In this document: positions 17,489 through 27,557 of the stretch, piece after piece | How the letters are laid out: every line of letters starts with the position of its first letter | Numbering within the stretch: position 1 is the stretch's first letter | Assembly: GCA_963767735.1 (NCBI GenBank) | Contig: CAVYES010000005.1 | Location: 32,001 to 96,000 of the forward strand | Length of the DNA: 64,000 bases | From: Candidatus Bathyarchaeota archaeon | Lineage (GTDB): Archaea; Thermoproteota; Bathyarchaeia; Bathyarchaeales; Bathycorpusculaceae | Direction: 5' to 3' | Made by a program: the position numbers and the translations under genes | The notes under the pieces: model-generated | Databases searched by the model: none | Told to the model about the DNA's origin: nothing | Seen by the model: the letters and a program-made list of their open reading frames with translations, nothing else

Positions 17489-19071
17489 AATTCGTAGATG
17501 TTACTGTATTTTTCATTCAAGTATTGCAGGTACAACTCAGAATTCAGGGTTCCTCCAGTCGCTTTCTTAATCAGTTCTTCTGGGTCGTTGAGGTCTCCTT
17601 GGCTGTGAATGTTTCTCTTTAGCCAACCGTTAATGTGTTTTAATTTTCCCAATGCAAGTTGATTGCGCCAATCCGGCAGGTCTTTGGCGATGGCTGCGGT
17701 TATTTGTCCACTGTAAATGTTGCCAAGCGCGTAGCTTGGGAAATAACCGTATAAACCACTTGCCCAATGCGTATCCTGCATTACTCCTTCAGAGTCATCT
17801 TCAACTTTTACACCCAAATAATCAGCATACTTCTGGTTCCACGCCTCGGGAAGCTCGTTGACCGCAATTTTATCGGCAAACAGGTCTCTTTCAATTTCAA
17901 AACGAATAATCACATGCAAGTTGTATGTTACCTCGTCGGCTTCAATGCGAATTTTTGAAAGCGCGACTCTGTTGATTGCTCTGATAAACTTGTCTAATTC
18001 AACGTTTGCGAGGCTGGGCGCTGCTTTTTTAAGTTTAGGCATAAAGCTTGTCCAGAACTCTTTCGAGCGGCCAATTACGTTTTCATAAAAGCGTGATTGC
18101 GATTCATGGATTCCATATGAGCATGTGGAGCCTATTGGTTGATATTTCCATTTTGGGTTGAGGTTCTGCTCGTAGAGTGCATGTCCACTCTCATGTAATA
18201 CGGAGAAGATTGAGCTGGCGTAATTGTTTGGGTAATAATGGGTGGTTATGCGTACATCATCGTAGTAGCCTGTGGTAAATGGGTGTTCTGTCTCATCAAT
18301 TCTCCCATGTGCCGCAGGAGAGGCAGTGTCGTAACCTAATGTTTTTGTTAAGAGTTGTGCAATTTGGCGTTGGTTCTCTGCTGGAACTGGGTGATAAAGT
18401 GTTGCTGTATCTGGCTTGTTTGAGCTGGCTTGGATCCTGCTTATTAGCTGTTTTAAGCCCTGCTGAAACTGATTAAATGTTGCTGTAATCTTTTCCGTAG
18501 TCATTTTAGGCTCAAAATTATCAATCAACGCTTCATATGGCGTTTTTGTTTCCTTAACATCCATGAGGATTTCTGCCGCTTGCTTGCTTAAATCTAAAAG
18601 TTTTTGTAGGTCCGCTTTGAAGAGGCTGAAGTTTTTTTGGGCTTTAGCTTTTTTCCAAACGTTTACTGTTATTGCTTCTTGCTTGGCAAGCTCAGCCACG
18701 AGTTCTTCTGGCAAAGCAGTTTGTTCTCGGTAGCTTTTGTTGATTAAGTAAATATTTCGTTTTTCAGCTTGGCTAAGAGCCTCGTACTTGGAGCTTGTTT
18801 GTATGTTGTTGATTAGTTTTCCTATTTGCGGGTCTGTGCTCAGTTTGTGATGAATACGACTAAGCAATGATAGCTGCAGGCTTCGCTGCTCCACCGCGTT
18901 TGGAGGCATGTACGTTTCCATGTCCCAGTGAATTAAACCTTCAGCAGTTACTAGGACGGTTGCGTCTTTAGTTTTCGACAACAATTCCTTGTAGGCTAAC
19001 ATGATATTAGTTGTCAAATAAGGTCTCCTCAATATCTGATAACGAATGCTTTTATTTACTGTTGCTTTCAA
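17485..19071 (-). CDS. Carboxypeptidase, M32 family
   Basis: HPF, HESGH, HESQ, IRIEAD, QDTHW, YFPSY; true start probably near 19000. Confidence 0.95.
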   Translation of the reverse strand: MKATVNKSIRYQILRRPYLTTNIMLAYKELLSKTKDATVLVTAEGLIHWDMETYMPPNAVEQRSLQLSLLSRIHHKLSTDPQIGKLINNIQTSSKYEALSQAEKRNIYLINKSYREQTALPEELVAELAKQEAITVNVWKKAKAQKNFSLFKADLQKLLDLSKQAAEILMDVKETKTPYEALIDNFEPKMTTEKITATFNQFQQGLKQLISRIQASSNKPDTATLYHPVPAENQRQIAQLLTKTLGYDTASPAAHGRIDETEHPFTTGYYDDVRITTHYYPNNYASSIFSVLHESGHALYEQNLNPKWKYQPIGSTCSYGIHESQSRFYENVIGRSKEFWTSFMPKLKKAAPSLANVELDKFIRAINRVALSKIRIEADEVTYNLHVIIRFEIERDLFADKIAVNELPEAWNQKYADYLGVKVEDDSEGVMQDTHWASGLYGYFPSYALGNIYSGQITAAIAKDLPDWRNQLALGKLKHINGWLKRNIHSQGDLNDPEELIKKATGGTLNSELYLQYLNEKYSNIYEF

Positions 19072-19145
19072 GAATAAAGATTGCTGCTTCTTGATTGTGG
19101 GTCTTTTTTGAGGTTTTGTTTTTGAGTTTCTAAGCGATAGCTTGA

Positions 19146-19868
19146 TTGAAAAAGCTTTTATCTATCTACATTGTGCCATCTAGTGAGGTTACTCTAATGA
19201 GTAGTAGTAGCTTGGAATCTAGTAAGACTATGTCTGGAATTGGTTCAATACTGCTTATTTTTCCAATAATAAGCATCGTCGGCATCATTCTTATTTTGTT
19301 TGGCATGAAGGGGCTGTCAGATTACTACAAAGAGCCAAGTATTTACCAAAATGCCTTGTGGGGTGTAATTTTTGGCATCATCGCTTTAATTGCAATTGCC
19401 GTTGCGGTACCCTTATTCTTCGTATTTGGAGCATTTAGCGTCTTCACCTTGGGATTAAGTTTGCTAGGGTTGTTTGGGCTAGCCGTGGTTGTTTTCGTGT
19501 TTTACTTGATAGCAGCAATGTACTTCAGACGGGCATTTAACGCGCTTGCGCAGAAATCCGGCGAGCACATGTTTGAAACCGCAGGTTTGCTATTATTTAT
19601 CGGAGCGATTCTGACAATCGTTTTCTTCATAGGTCTGCTTCTGATTTTGGTAGCTTGGATACTTGCGACAATTGCATTCTTCTCAATAAAAGTACCTGCA
19701 CAACCATATGCCGCCCCACCTTCTCCAATGACCCCCGTTTCATCTGCAGCACCGCAAACCGCAACTCCAATGACAACACAAGCAACAAGATACTGCCCCA
19801 ACTGCGGCGCCCCCGTAGCGCCAAACACGGCTTTTTGTCCACACTGCGGAAAACAATTGCCACAATAA
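19146..19868 (+). CDS. DUF996-like membrane protein with C-terminal zinc ribbon
   Basis: Multiple TMs; CPNCG...FCPHCG. Confidence 0.8.
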   Translation: MKKLLSIYIVPSSEVTLMSSSSLESSKTMSGIGSILLIFPIISIVGIILILFGMKGLSDYYKEPSIYQNALWGVIFGIIALIAIAVAVPLFFVFGAFSVFTLGLSLLGLFGLAVVVFVFYLIAAMYFRRAFNALAQKSGEHMFETAGLLLFIGAILTIVFFIGLLLILVAWILATIAFFSIKVPAQPYAAPPSPMTPVSSAAPQTATPMTTQATRYCPNCGAPVAPNTAFCPHCGKQLPQ

Positions 19869-20103
19869 AATCCTGTCTTCTTTTTTTATTTTTGCTTCTT
19901 CACTTTTCAGGCAAAAACCAAAGCCAACTATACAGGCACCTTCTTTATGAACATGAATCGCGGGAAGGAAAAGACTAGACCCTATGAAAAGCGCATGGGA
20001 AACAGAATAGACTCTTCATGGTACATTTGAATCGATTGCGTGCAAATTGTTGTGTTATACCATCAAAAAATCGTTTGATCAAATTTCTTTGCAGAAGAAT
20101 ATT

Positions 20104-20181
20104 TGGTGCTCCGGCCGGGATTTGGACCCGGGTCGCCGACTCGAAAGGCCAGTATACTTGACCGGACTATACTACCGGAGC
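20104..20181 (-). tRNA. tRNA-Glu(TTC) with encoded CCA
   Basis: GCTCCGG/CCGGAGC acceptor stem; anticodon loop CT-TTC-GA; T-arm CCGGG-TCCAAAT-CCCGG (non-canonical TCC). Confidence 0.88.
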
Positions 20182-20512
20182 AGTGACTATACGAGTTTCA
20201 AGAAGAACCTCAACCGCATAAAAAAACCTTGCTCCAACAGTGCCAGCAAGAAGCGTACATAATACGCAAAAAACAAATTCCAAAATCTAAGGATTCCGCC
20301 AACATTGCAAACACCCTAATCTCAATGCAAAGCAGACACCTTGACGAACACACAATAAAACTAATAGACTACCGAATATGCGAACTTGGCGCAAATGCAA
20401 TCTTTCTGAACCAAAAACAATAGAAAACTACATAGATACAAAAAATTATTAGAGATGATACAAGCCAACATGTTTCCTATTTAATCGATGTTAAGAAAAA
20501 AGTGAGGAAGGT

Positions 20513-21382
20513 TTACTTTCTTTTTCTGTACGCGTATGCTCCGGCTGCTGCCAAAACTGCTATTAAAGCCGCGACCACGGCGACTGCGCTTGCAGATGAA
20601 TACTCATTTATTTTTGTTGGTGTTGGTGCTGGTGAAGTCGTAGTGCTGATTGGAGTGAACACTGCCTCATAACTGTACGTGTTTCCGTAACCGTGATTCA
20701 CGTTATACGGGTTATTTGTTGGAGTATCTGTGAAAGCGTATGCGCCGTGAGTTAGTGGGCTGCCAGCGATAATCCAGTTTGAAAATGTCCATCCGGTGTC
20801 TGCAATTGCCGTTATGTCAAAGTTGGAGGCATCAGCCAATAAATATGTTCCTGGTGCAGGGCTCGTGGTTCCTCCGTTGTCAGCATAGATTACGACGACG
20901 GCGTTAGTTGAAGCTGTACTTGGAGTGGCCGGATATAAATAATACGGTGTGCCCGCGGGTGTTACAGATGCTGCAAATTCGGCCTGAACAGTGTAGTTGA
21001 CACCTTCGGCAACAGTGATTATAAGTGGATTATCAGTATAAAAGTTGGTTGCATTAGTAGTGTCGACAACAACCCACTGCACTAAACTTCCCGTTGCTGT
21101 AAAGTTAACATCTGTGCCAGCAGCATAACTGTATGTTCCTGCGGCAGGAACTGTTGATCCAGCTCCTGCTGATGGTAAGACTACGACAGTGGATGTTCCT
21201 TGTGCTTTCACGACGGTTGTAATAACTGGACTTATGGCTACAACTAGAAGCGCTGATGTTAGCAGAATAAAAGCAAAAACTTTCAGATTCTTAGTTAACT
21301 CTCTATTCATAAAATCACCAAAATTTTCTCTATATGCATTATTTATATAACAAAATATAAACTTTGCTAAGCCGTCAAGCAA
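20513..21382 (-). CDS. Secreted/surface protein with two repeated beta-rich domains and C-terminal TM anchor
   Basis: Signal peptide (likely start 21310), two G.T.P..GTY repeats, Thr/Pro linker, INEY-TM-RKRK tail. Confidence 0.8.
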   Translation of the reverse strand: MLDGLAKFIFCYINNAYRENFGDFMNRELTKNLKVFAFILLTSALLVVAISPVITTVVKAQGTSTVVVLPSAGAGSTVPAAGTYSYAAGTDVNFTATGSLVQWVVVDTTNATNFYTDNPLIITVAEGVNYTVQAEFAASVTPAGTPYYLYPATPSTASTNAVVVIYADNGGTTSPAPGTYLLADASNFDITAIADTGWTFSNWIIAGSPLTHGAYAFTDTPTNNPYNVNHGYGNTYSYEAVFTPISTTTSPAPTPTKINEYSSASAVAVVAALIAVLAAAGAYAYRKRK

Positions 21383-21399
21383 GCCATGTTAACTACTGA

Positions 21400-21427
21400 A
21401 TACTTGACCGGACTATACTACCGGAGC
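21400..21427 (-). repeat. 28-bp copy of the tRNA-Glu 5' end (att-like)
   Basis: ATACTTGACCGGACTATACTACCGGAGC identical to 20154-20181; no tRNA continuation beyond it. Confidence 0.9.
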
Positions 21428-21494
21428 TTTGCTTAAAAGCATCAAGCAGAATGCGATTTCACTAGAATAAACCTTACCCTTCAGGAATCGGGCT

Positions 21495-22058
21495 TTAGGT
21501 AGCTTGCGCTTTATTGTTTTGGTTTCTCGGCTTAAACAAAAATCCAGTTATTTGCTCAACAAGCTTGCCCTGGTTCTTAGCTGTTTTCTCGAGTTCTTCT
21601 ATTCTTTTTTCTAGGTCGTTTGAGATGATTTTGCCTTCAATTCTGTTTGCTGAACGGAACATCAGCAGCATTCTGAAAACGTCTGCAATCGCTTTTTCCT
21701 GCTCTTCAACGGATGCAGGTTTTATTCCGGCAATGATGGATAGCTGGTCCACGTAGTGCTCTTTGATTTTTAATTCCGCGTTAACGGAGGGATCAGTTGG
21801 AAACGCGATGCTCAACGGCGTCTTCTTCGCTAATTCTGCTGCGGTTGGAAAGCGGATTATGATGTCGCCTCTAATCCATGAAGAAACGAATTCGACAACG
21901 AATTTTCGAATCTCTTTTTGACTAAAAAGTAGGGGCGGCTCTGTTTTTGGTTCAGGTTTCTTTTTAATTCTCACGCTTATAACTTTCTTGTCCTCAGAAT
22001 TGTTCTCCATTTCAGTTCCCTTCCCAGCCTTCGAGTTCTCACTTTTCTTCTTAAGCAC
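21495..22058 (-). CDS. Hypothetical protein with C-terminal coiled coil
   Basis: 187-aa ORF; no family recognised. Confidence 0.6.
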   Translation of the reverse strand: MLKKKSENSKAGKGTEMENNSEDKKVISVRIKKKPEPKTEPPLLFSQKEIRKFVVEFVSSWIRGDIIIRFPTAAELAKKTPLSIAFPTDPSVNAELKIKEHYVDQLSIIAGIKPASVEEQEKAIADVFRMLLMFRSANRIEGKIISNDLEKRIEELEKTAKNQGKLVEQITGFLFKPRNQNNKAQAT

Positions 22059-22114
22059 GGACTAGTATTTAAGAAAAATTGTTCAAGGGATTTCGCGCTT
22101 TGTTTTTGCAACGT

Positions 22115-22147
22115 TTTTTGTGGCTGGATTTTGGTACAAATGGTAGG
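22115..22147 (+). repeat. Dispersed hairpin repeat, copy 2
   Basis: TTTTTGTGGCTGGATTTTGGTACAAATGGTAGG, matches 14313-14345. Confidence 0.65.
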
Positions 22148-22363
22148 GTCGCCTGCAGGTCGGTAGATAAATGCGTGTGCACAAGACTACCCCCATAGTC
22201 TACTAGATGATCCTATTAGACGCCGAACATGATTCAACATACTTCAACGTAGACGAAACGTCCCGCACTTTCAACATGAAACTGGCTTTTTGCATGTAGA
22301 ATTCGTTGCTTTTGCTTGATTTAACTTTGAAAAAACTATAAGTAATTATTATGCGGGCATGTT

Positions 22364-23650
22364 TTAAAATGAGATTTTTGCTGCAGATGGGATTTTTCCC
22401 AAGATTTTCGCCGTGGCTTTTTCTACCTTCTCACGTTCTGCTGCGTCGGTGTATACTCGCAGTATGTTCATGAAGCCTTTGAGCGTTTCGAAAATCTTTG
22501 AAATATCGCTTAGCCGCTGCGGCGTTTTGTCACCCGCTTGGCCTCTTGTGAAAACCGGAATTTCCATAGATTCCATAAGTACCGCGTGATGGTAAGGTAC
22601 GGAAGGCACCGTAGGCACGTCAATTATCACTGATTCAATGCCGACGCCTGCTTCTTTGGCGATTTCACTTTGCATTTGGCGCCTGTATGATTCGCGCCCG
22701 AAAATGTTGGAAATCATCGTGTCCTTCTCGTAGAAGGTCCGTTCATAAGCGCATTTTAGCATTCTTCGCCTCTCAAGATCTCCGATTATCCCTTTGGAAG
22801 CCTCACATTTTTTCAATGCAGCCCAAACCGTATAGTCATCAAGCGCCAAATATTCTTCAGGTGTCTTAAACGCTGTCAACCCCAACTCATCGTTTGCTTT
22901 TTCCATTGCGGTCGCCAGCATAATCTGCGCTGCTCTGCCCACGCGGTGAAAATAAATGCTCTTAAACGATTCAATCCTGGCAATCATGAACACTTCCAAA
23001 GCTGATAAGGCTCCCAATTCCACGGCTAGATTTTCGCCTAAAACATCAAGCGCGTGTATGATACGGAAAACGTCGATGAAACCATACTCGGCGCCCGTAT
23101 GATAGGTGTCTCTGACGATGAAGTCCTGTTTGTCAACGTCCACGGCGCTGCTTATTATCTGGTCAAGAAACGCTTTGCCAGGCTTATGCAGTTTCCCAAC
23201 GGCAAGTCCAGCTACCTCTTTAGGTTTGAACCCCATCTTTGATAGTTTATCGCCAACTTCACTCTTCTCAATAATCCAAGAAGTGATGTCTTCATGCGTT
23301 TTCTCCAATTCCTTAATCAGTAACTGCTCAAAAACATGCGAGAAAGGGCCATGCCCGCAGTCATGAAGCAACGCTGAAATCCTGCAAACATCAACTTCTT
23401 CACTGCTTACGACGCCTGAAATGTACGGGTTTTCCAAAACTGCACCCGCCAAATACATGACGCCAACACAGTGTTCAAAACGTGTATGGTTGGCTCCCGG
23501 ATAAACGTACTCTGATCCCGCCAGCTGCCGTAGCCGCCTGAGCCGCTGCATCGGATACGAATCAACCATGTTTTTTTCTGCTTCAGTAATGTACACGTAG
23601 CCATGCACAGGATCCTTTATTTCTCCCCAGTAAGCCTTAGGCACAAGCAA
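22364..23650 (-). CDS. HD-domain phosphohydrolase (SAMHD1/dNTPase-like)
   Basis: DPVHG, QRLRRLRQL, HTRFEH, LHDCGHGPFSH, DVDKQD, IYFH. Confidence 0.92.
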   Translation of the reverse strand: MLVPKAYWGEIKDPVHGYVYITEAEKNMVDSYPMQRLRRLRQLAGSEYVYPGANHTRFEHCVGVMYLAGAVLENPYISGVVSSEEVDVCRISALLHDCGHGPFSHVFEQLLIKELEKTHEDITSWIIEKSEVGDKLSKMGFKPKEVAGLAVGKLHKPGKAFLDQIISSAVDVDKQDFIVRDTYHTGAEYGFIDVFRIIHALDVLGENLAVELGALSALEVFMIARIESFKSIYFHRVGRAAQIMLATAMEKANDELGLTAFKTPEEYLALDDYTVWAALKKCEASKGIIGDLERRRMLKCAYERTFYEKDTMISNIFGRESYRRQMQSEIAKEAGVGIESVIIDVPTVPSVPYHHAVLMESMEIPVFTRGQAGDKTPQRLSDISKIFETLKGFMNILRVYTDAAEREKVEKATAKILGKIPSAAKISF

Positions 23651-24226
23651 GCCTCACAGTTTGTAAGTTATATTTATGTATCTCCCTATAATGTCTAACG
23701 CTAACCAGCCTATAGGGCATCTTCCTTTTCTTACTTTGCTCCTGTTTAAATGGGGTATTACTGTTTTTGATATATCGCTGGTCATTTTTGGAGTTCTTCT
23801 AAAAGATTTTTTATTAGGTCATTTTGGTATGCTTGCATTTTTAATTTTGGGTTTTTTGTTATGAATTGTTTTAGCCATTGTTCAGTTATTAATATCATGG
23901 CACTTGAGATTTTGTTATAGTCTGGTTGGTTGTTATCCCAACCTTTTTCAATTATCATTTCTTTAAGTGTTGTCGTGTTAATCTTCTCCTGTTCTTAGAG
24001 GTTCGTTGTTGTTTATTGGTTCGATTTTTTTAAAAATTAGTATGTCTATGTTTTTGATGTGCCAATTATCAGGGTTTATTAGGGCGGTTTTGAAGCATGG
24101 GTTAAGTTATTTTGTTGTTCTACGACTCGCTGGTTTCATGAGGATAGTTGGTTGATTCTTGAAGCATTTTGATTGGATTACAGAAAATTTTAAAAAACAA
24201 TCTAATGAACATTAATTTGATGTATA

Positions 24227-24799
24227 TTGAGCGCTGCAAATATAACAGCCAGCGATTTTGAAAATCTTCGCATAGCTTTAATGAATTCTTATAATTCTCA
24301 AGCTTTAACTCACGCTGGTTTTATTTTAGCTTTGATAATTGGTCTTTTTACTTTGGTTTCTAGTCAGACGATTTGGGACTTTTATAGGTCAGGGCAGTTT
24401 GGAAAATTCGTTACCTTTTCAATTATCGGTTCTGATTTAGGTTTGTGTGTTTACTTCTTTTTTAAGATACTATATTGGTATTTTTTGAGTAATGCTGTCT
24501 TATCTGTCACAATGGCGAATGCTACATCTACAAATAGTACAACTCTAATTTATGGCATGCAAATATACGCCACGCAAGGATTTAGATTGTCTAAAACTCT
24601 ATTTGTGGGTTTTACGTATACTGGAATTGGATTCAATTGGTGGGTGAGCATTCTCTTTTATTTTATACTGCCGACCATAGTTTTTGTAATACTCCTTTAC
24701 GTTTTTGGCGCGCTTTTTGACGCGCGTATGCGTTTAAAAACTTGGATAGATATTCACATTCGTAAAAAGGAAGTAAGGAAGTTCTGGTTTGATAAGTAG
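24227..24799 (+). CDS. Hypothetical membrane protein (island cargo)
   Basis: Three hydrophobic segments; AT-rich. Confidence 0.65.
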   Translation: MSAANITASDFENLRIALMNSYNSQALTHAGFILALIIGLFTLVSSQTIWDFYRSGQFGKFVTFSIIGSDLGLCVYFFFKILYWYFLSNAVLSVTMANATSTNSTTLIYGMQIYATQGFRLSKTLFVGFTYTGIGFNWWVSILFYFILPTIVFVILLYVFGALFDARMRLKTWIDIHIRKKEVRKFWFDK

Positions 24800-25401
24800 T
24801 GGTCTTGCGTCATCTGCTTGACAAATTCAATTTAATATCTGTTTGGTCTAAGACTTTGGGTGTAGACTGTTAAGTTTAAATTTCCTATTTTTTGGTTGTT
24901 ATGTTGTTCTTTGATTTAACTTTCTTGTATTAAGAAAGTTCCGTTGTTTATAATAGATTGGCTGGCGTTTTTAACGGGAATGGTAGTTTGCGGTTAATGG
25001 GAGTGATTTAAGCCTGCTTTTCTATTTTTTACTACAACTATGTCCTTACTGTGTTGGCTGTGGGGGTATGGTAGGGGGTCTCCCCTGTTTATGCAGAAAA
25101 AGGTTTAAGGAAAAAACTGTCTACGGTTTTGTCCTTGCGATTTTCTTGCTTACTTCTTACTAAGAAGTATGTGTTGGTTCTAATTTATTTCTTGCAAGAA
25201 ATAATTTTACTCAATTTTTTTTAAAAAATTGTCGCTGGGGTGCGGGTGAAGCGAAATGTCGGTAAGGGTTTCTAAAGACCTTCTGGGTGAAATGGTCTTT
25301 TGTGTTTCTTTGCGTTAGCGAAGAATGTTTTTGTTGGTCATTTTGACGGAACGAATACTGTGAGGTTTCGGAGTTTCTCGGAGCGTCTGATTGAATTGAG
25401 C

Positions 25402-26046
25402 TTATGGCATTGGAACGCTTGCCATAAAATTATCTGAAATAGCATCTTCATTGAAAAAATTGTTATCCCGAAGGAAAGCTTCTTTCAATGCAGTAGGAAC
25501 ATAAAGAAGACACTTTTGCTTTTCATAAGACTGGGTTGTAACTCCATCTTTTTGGACTGCTCTAACCCTCTGGACTATGTGCGGCTGTGCTGCTGTTTGA
25601 TATAACCTATCAAGACTATATGCAACCTCATCGAGAGCGAAACAGAGTTCTTTCGTATTTATGTCAAAGCCTGCTTCGCCAAAACGCATTTTACCATACG
25701 CAAGACTAAGGCTTTCAATGAAAACCTTCAATCTCTCATCAGTCAACAATAGGTCAAAATAACCAATTTTTGCTTTTCCACGTTTTAGTAAATCAGGCAA
25801 ATAATGAATACCTTTGCTTTTATTATCTAAATGTAGGATAGCTTTGATAAACAATTCAACAGATTGTTCAGCAAGCAAACAACCAGGATAAACCATTCCT
25901 TGCATGAAGGAAACTCGTGCCATAACATAGTGTTCACGAGCGATATGCCATGCAAACAAGAACGAAATAGGCTGTTTGACTTCTCGAATAGTAAGAAAAG
26001 TATTCTTAGACATAATAAGACCACCTTTCGTTTTTTGTTCTCGCAC
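25402..26046 (-). CDS. HEPN-domain protein
   Basis: LAEQSVELFIKAIL, KGIHYLPDLL and YGKMRFG match the Q..E...KA / H.L..L / RY pattern of HEPN. Confidence 0.7.
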   Translation of the reverse strand: MREQKTKGGLIMSKNTFLTIREVKQPISFLFAWHIAREHYVMARVSFMQGMVYPGCLLAEQSVELFIKAILHLDNKSKGIHYLPDLLKRGKAKIGYFDLLLTDERLKVFIESLSLAYGKMRFGEAGFDINTKELCFALDEVAYSLDRLYQTAAQPHIVQRVRAVQKDGVTTQSYEKQKCLLYVPTALKEAFLRDNNFFNEDAISDNFMASVPMP

Positions 26047-26271
26047 TTCACCCTTTTGCGGTTTAACTATTATAATTAGTTCACTGCCTTCTGCCTTAAG
26101 AAGCCATTCTAACTTATCGTATTCGGTTAATCCAAATTGATTTTTGATGCTTTCTGGAACGGTTGTTCTTAAGGACTCTGTTTTTGGGGGTTCTGTGAAG
26201 TCTTCGTCTGTTGATTTTCTCTGTGAAAATTCGTCTGTTAAATAAAACTCCTGTCTGCTTAAGGATGGTAA
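26047..26271 (-). CDS. AbrB/SpoVT-like domain in frame with the HEPN ORF (not in ORF track)
   Basis: Manual translation KTESLRTTVPESIKNQFGLTEYDKLEWLLKAEGSELIIIVKP; frame open 26271-25402; no canonical start upstream of 26046. Confidence 0.65.
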
Positions 26272-26501
26272 TTATATTTGACCATTAGACCTCTCCATTT
26301 CTCAAGAAAAGGGCAAACATCAGCTATTTGGTAGATGCAATAACATGGTTCACAGATTTCTTTTCCTTTTGGGCATAAGAGTTTCGTATACTCTTGCTCG
26401 ATTATCTCAATATCTTTGTTGGAAACGGTTTTTTTGTTCAGAATTTTGGCTAGACGTTTTTCTAACGGTGCTTCGCCCACTTTAGGACTCCTCAGCATCA
26501 C
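26259..26501 (-). CDS. Small Cys-rich hypothetical protein
   Basis: CPKGKEICEPCYC...CPF; overlaps the end of the island tmk. Confidence 0.5.
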   Translation of the reverse strand: MMLRSPKVGEAPLEKRLAKILNKKTVSNKDIEIIEQEYTKLLCPKGKEICEPCYCIYQIADVCPFLEKWRGLMVKYNYHP

Positions 26502-27138
26502 GAATAATAGGTTTAACTATGTCCCATATTCGTTTTGAAATTTCTTCTGCTGAATGGTTTCCGTTTCCGTCAATTATTTTTGCGTAATTTCTTTTGGCGA
26601 ATTGACTGTTAAATAACTCTCTCACTGTTTCTAAACATTTACTTTGTTCAAAATGGTTAGGTCCATCCTTTCGCGTAGCGATGATTCTTTTTACGGTGAT
26701 TTGAGGAGTTATATCAAGAATTATTAGAACATCAGGCAGAGGGGCAATTTCTTCATTTTTCTTTTCAACATAATCTGGATTTAAGCCTCTTGCTCCCTGA
26801 TATGCGACGCTTGAAAAATAATACCTATCCATTATCACGATGCTTTTGTTCTTTAAATTGGGTTTTATGTTAATTTCTACATCTTCTTTACGGTCTTCAA
26901 AAAACAGGTTCATTTCTTCTTCTGGAGTCGTTTTGTTTCTGCCATTTTTAGCTAAGTCTCTTATTTTTTCTCCATACTTTCCGTTTGTTGGCTCGTGTAA
27001 TAACACAACTGAATAATCTGCTTTTTTTAATCTCTCACAAAGTATTTTTGATTGTGTTGTTTTTCCTGCTCCATCAATACCTTCGATTGCTACAAGTATG
27101 CCCTTCCTAAGAGTTTTCTTTTGAACTGCCTCTTGCAA
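26482..27138 (-). CDS. tmk: Thymidylate kinase, island-borne second copy
   Basis: EGIDGAGKTT P-loop, HEPT, MDRYYFSSVAYQ. Confidence 0.9.
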   Translation of the reverse strand: MQEAVQKKTLRKGILVAIEGIDGAGKTTQSKILCERLKKADYSVVLLHEPTNGKYGEKIRDLAKNGRNKTTPEEEMNLFFEDRKEDVEINIKPNLKNKSIVIMDRYYFSSVAYQGARGLNPDYVEKKNEEIAPLPDVLIILDITPQITVKRIIATRKDGPNHFEQSKCLETVRELFNSQFAKRNYAKIIDGNGNHSAEEISKRIWDIVKPIIRDAEES

Positions 27139-27557
27139 AACGTGTTCAACCTTTCATACTTGTTTGATTATGTTCTTATACGGTGCATTAGGTTAAAAAT
27201 TTAGTGGTTGTTACTTTCTTAAAGCACTACTGTAAAAATTAGTTGTTTGATGAATAAAATAGTTATTTCTGCCTACATTTCCTTTGGAGAATGTATAAGA
27301 TGAGTGATAAGCGCAAAATGAAAAATATTTTTAGTTTGCTTTTATCATTAATATGTCAATTTTGTCTATTTCTGCTTGCATTTTGTATTAGTGTTTTCCA
27401 TTTGTTTTCGCCTTCTATGGTTATTTCACATGCTTCGCTTGGGGTTTTGCATGGGGCGGAATTTATGTATTGGATAAAATTCTATGTTGGGAATTTGAAA
27501 TTTCGGAAAATAAACTTTGGTGTATTTGCGGAGCGAACGGAGCAATTCTCCGTTTCT

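Noticed and set aside
20047-20423. Short ORFs 20047-20262 and 20229-20423
   Set aside because: They overlap the tRNA-Glu antisense strand or an A/C-skewed tract; no motifs
21400-21427. Second tRNA-Glu or intron-containing tRNA
   Set aside because: No anticodon arm, T-arm or 3' acceptor strand follows; treated as an att-like fragment
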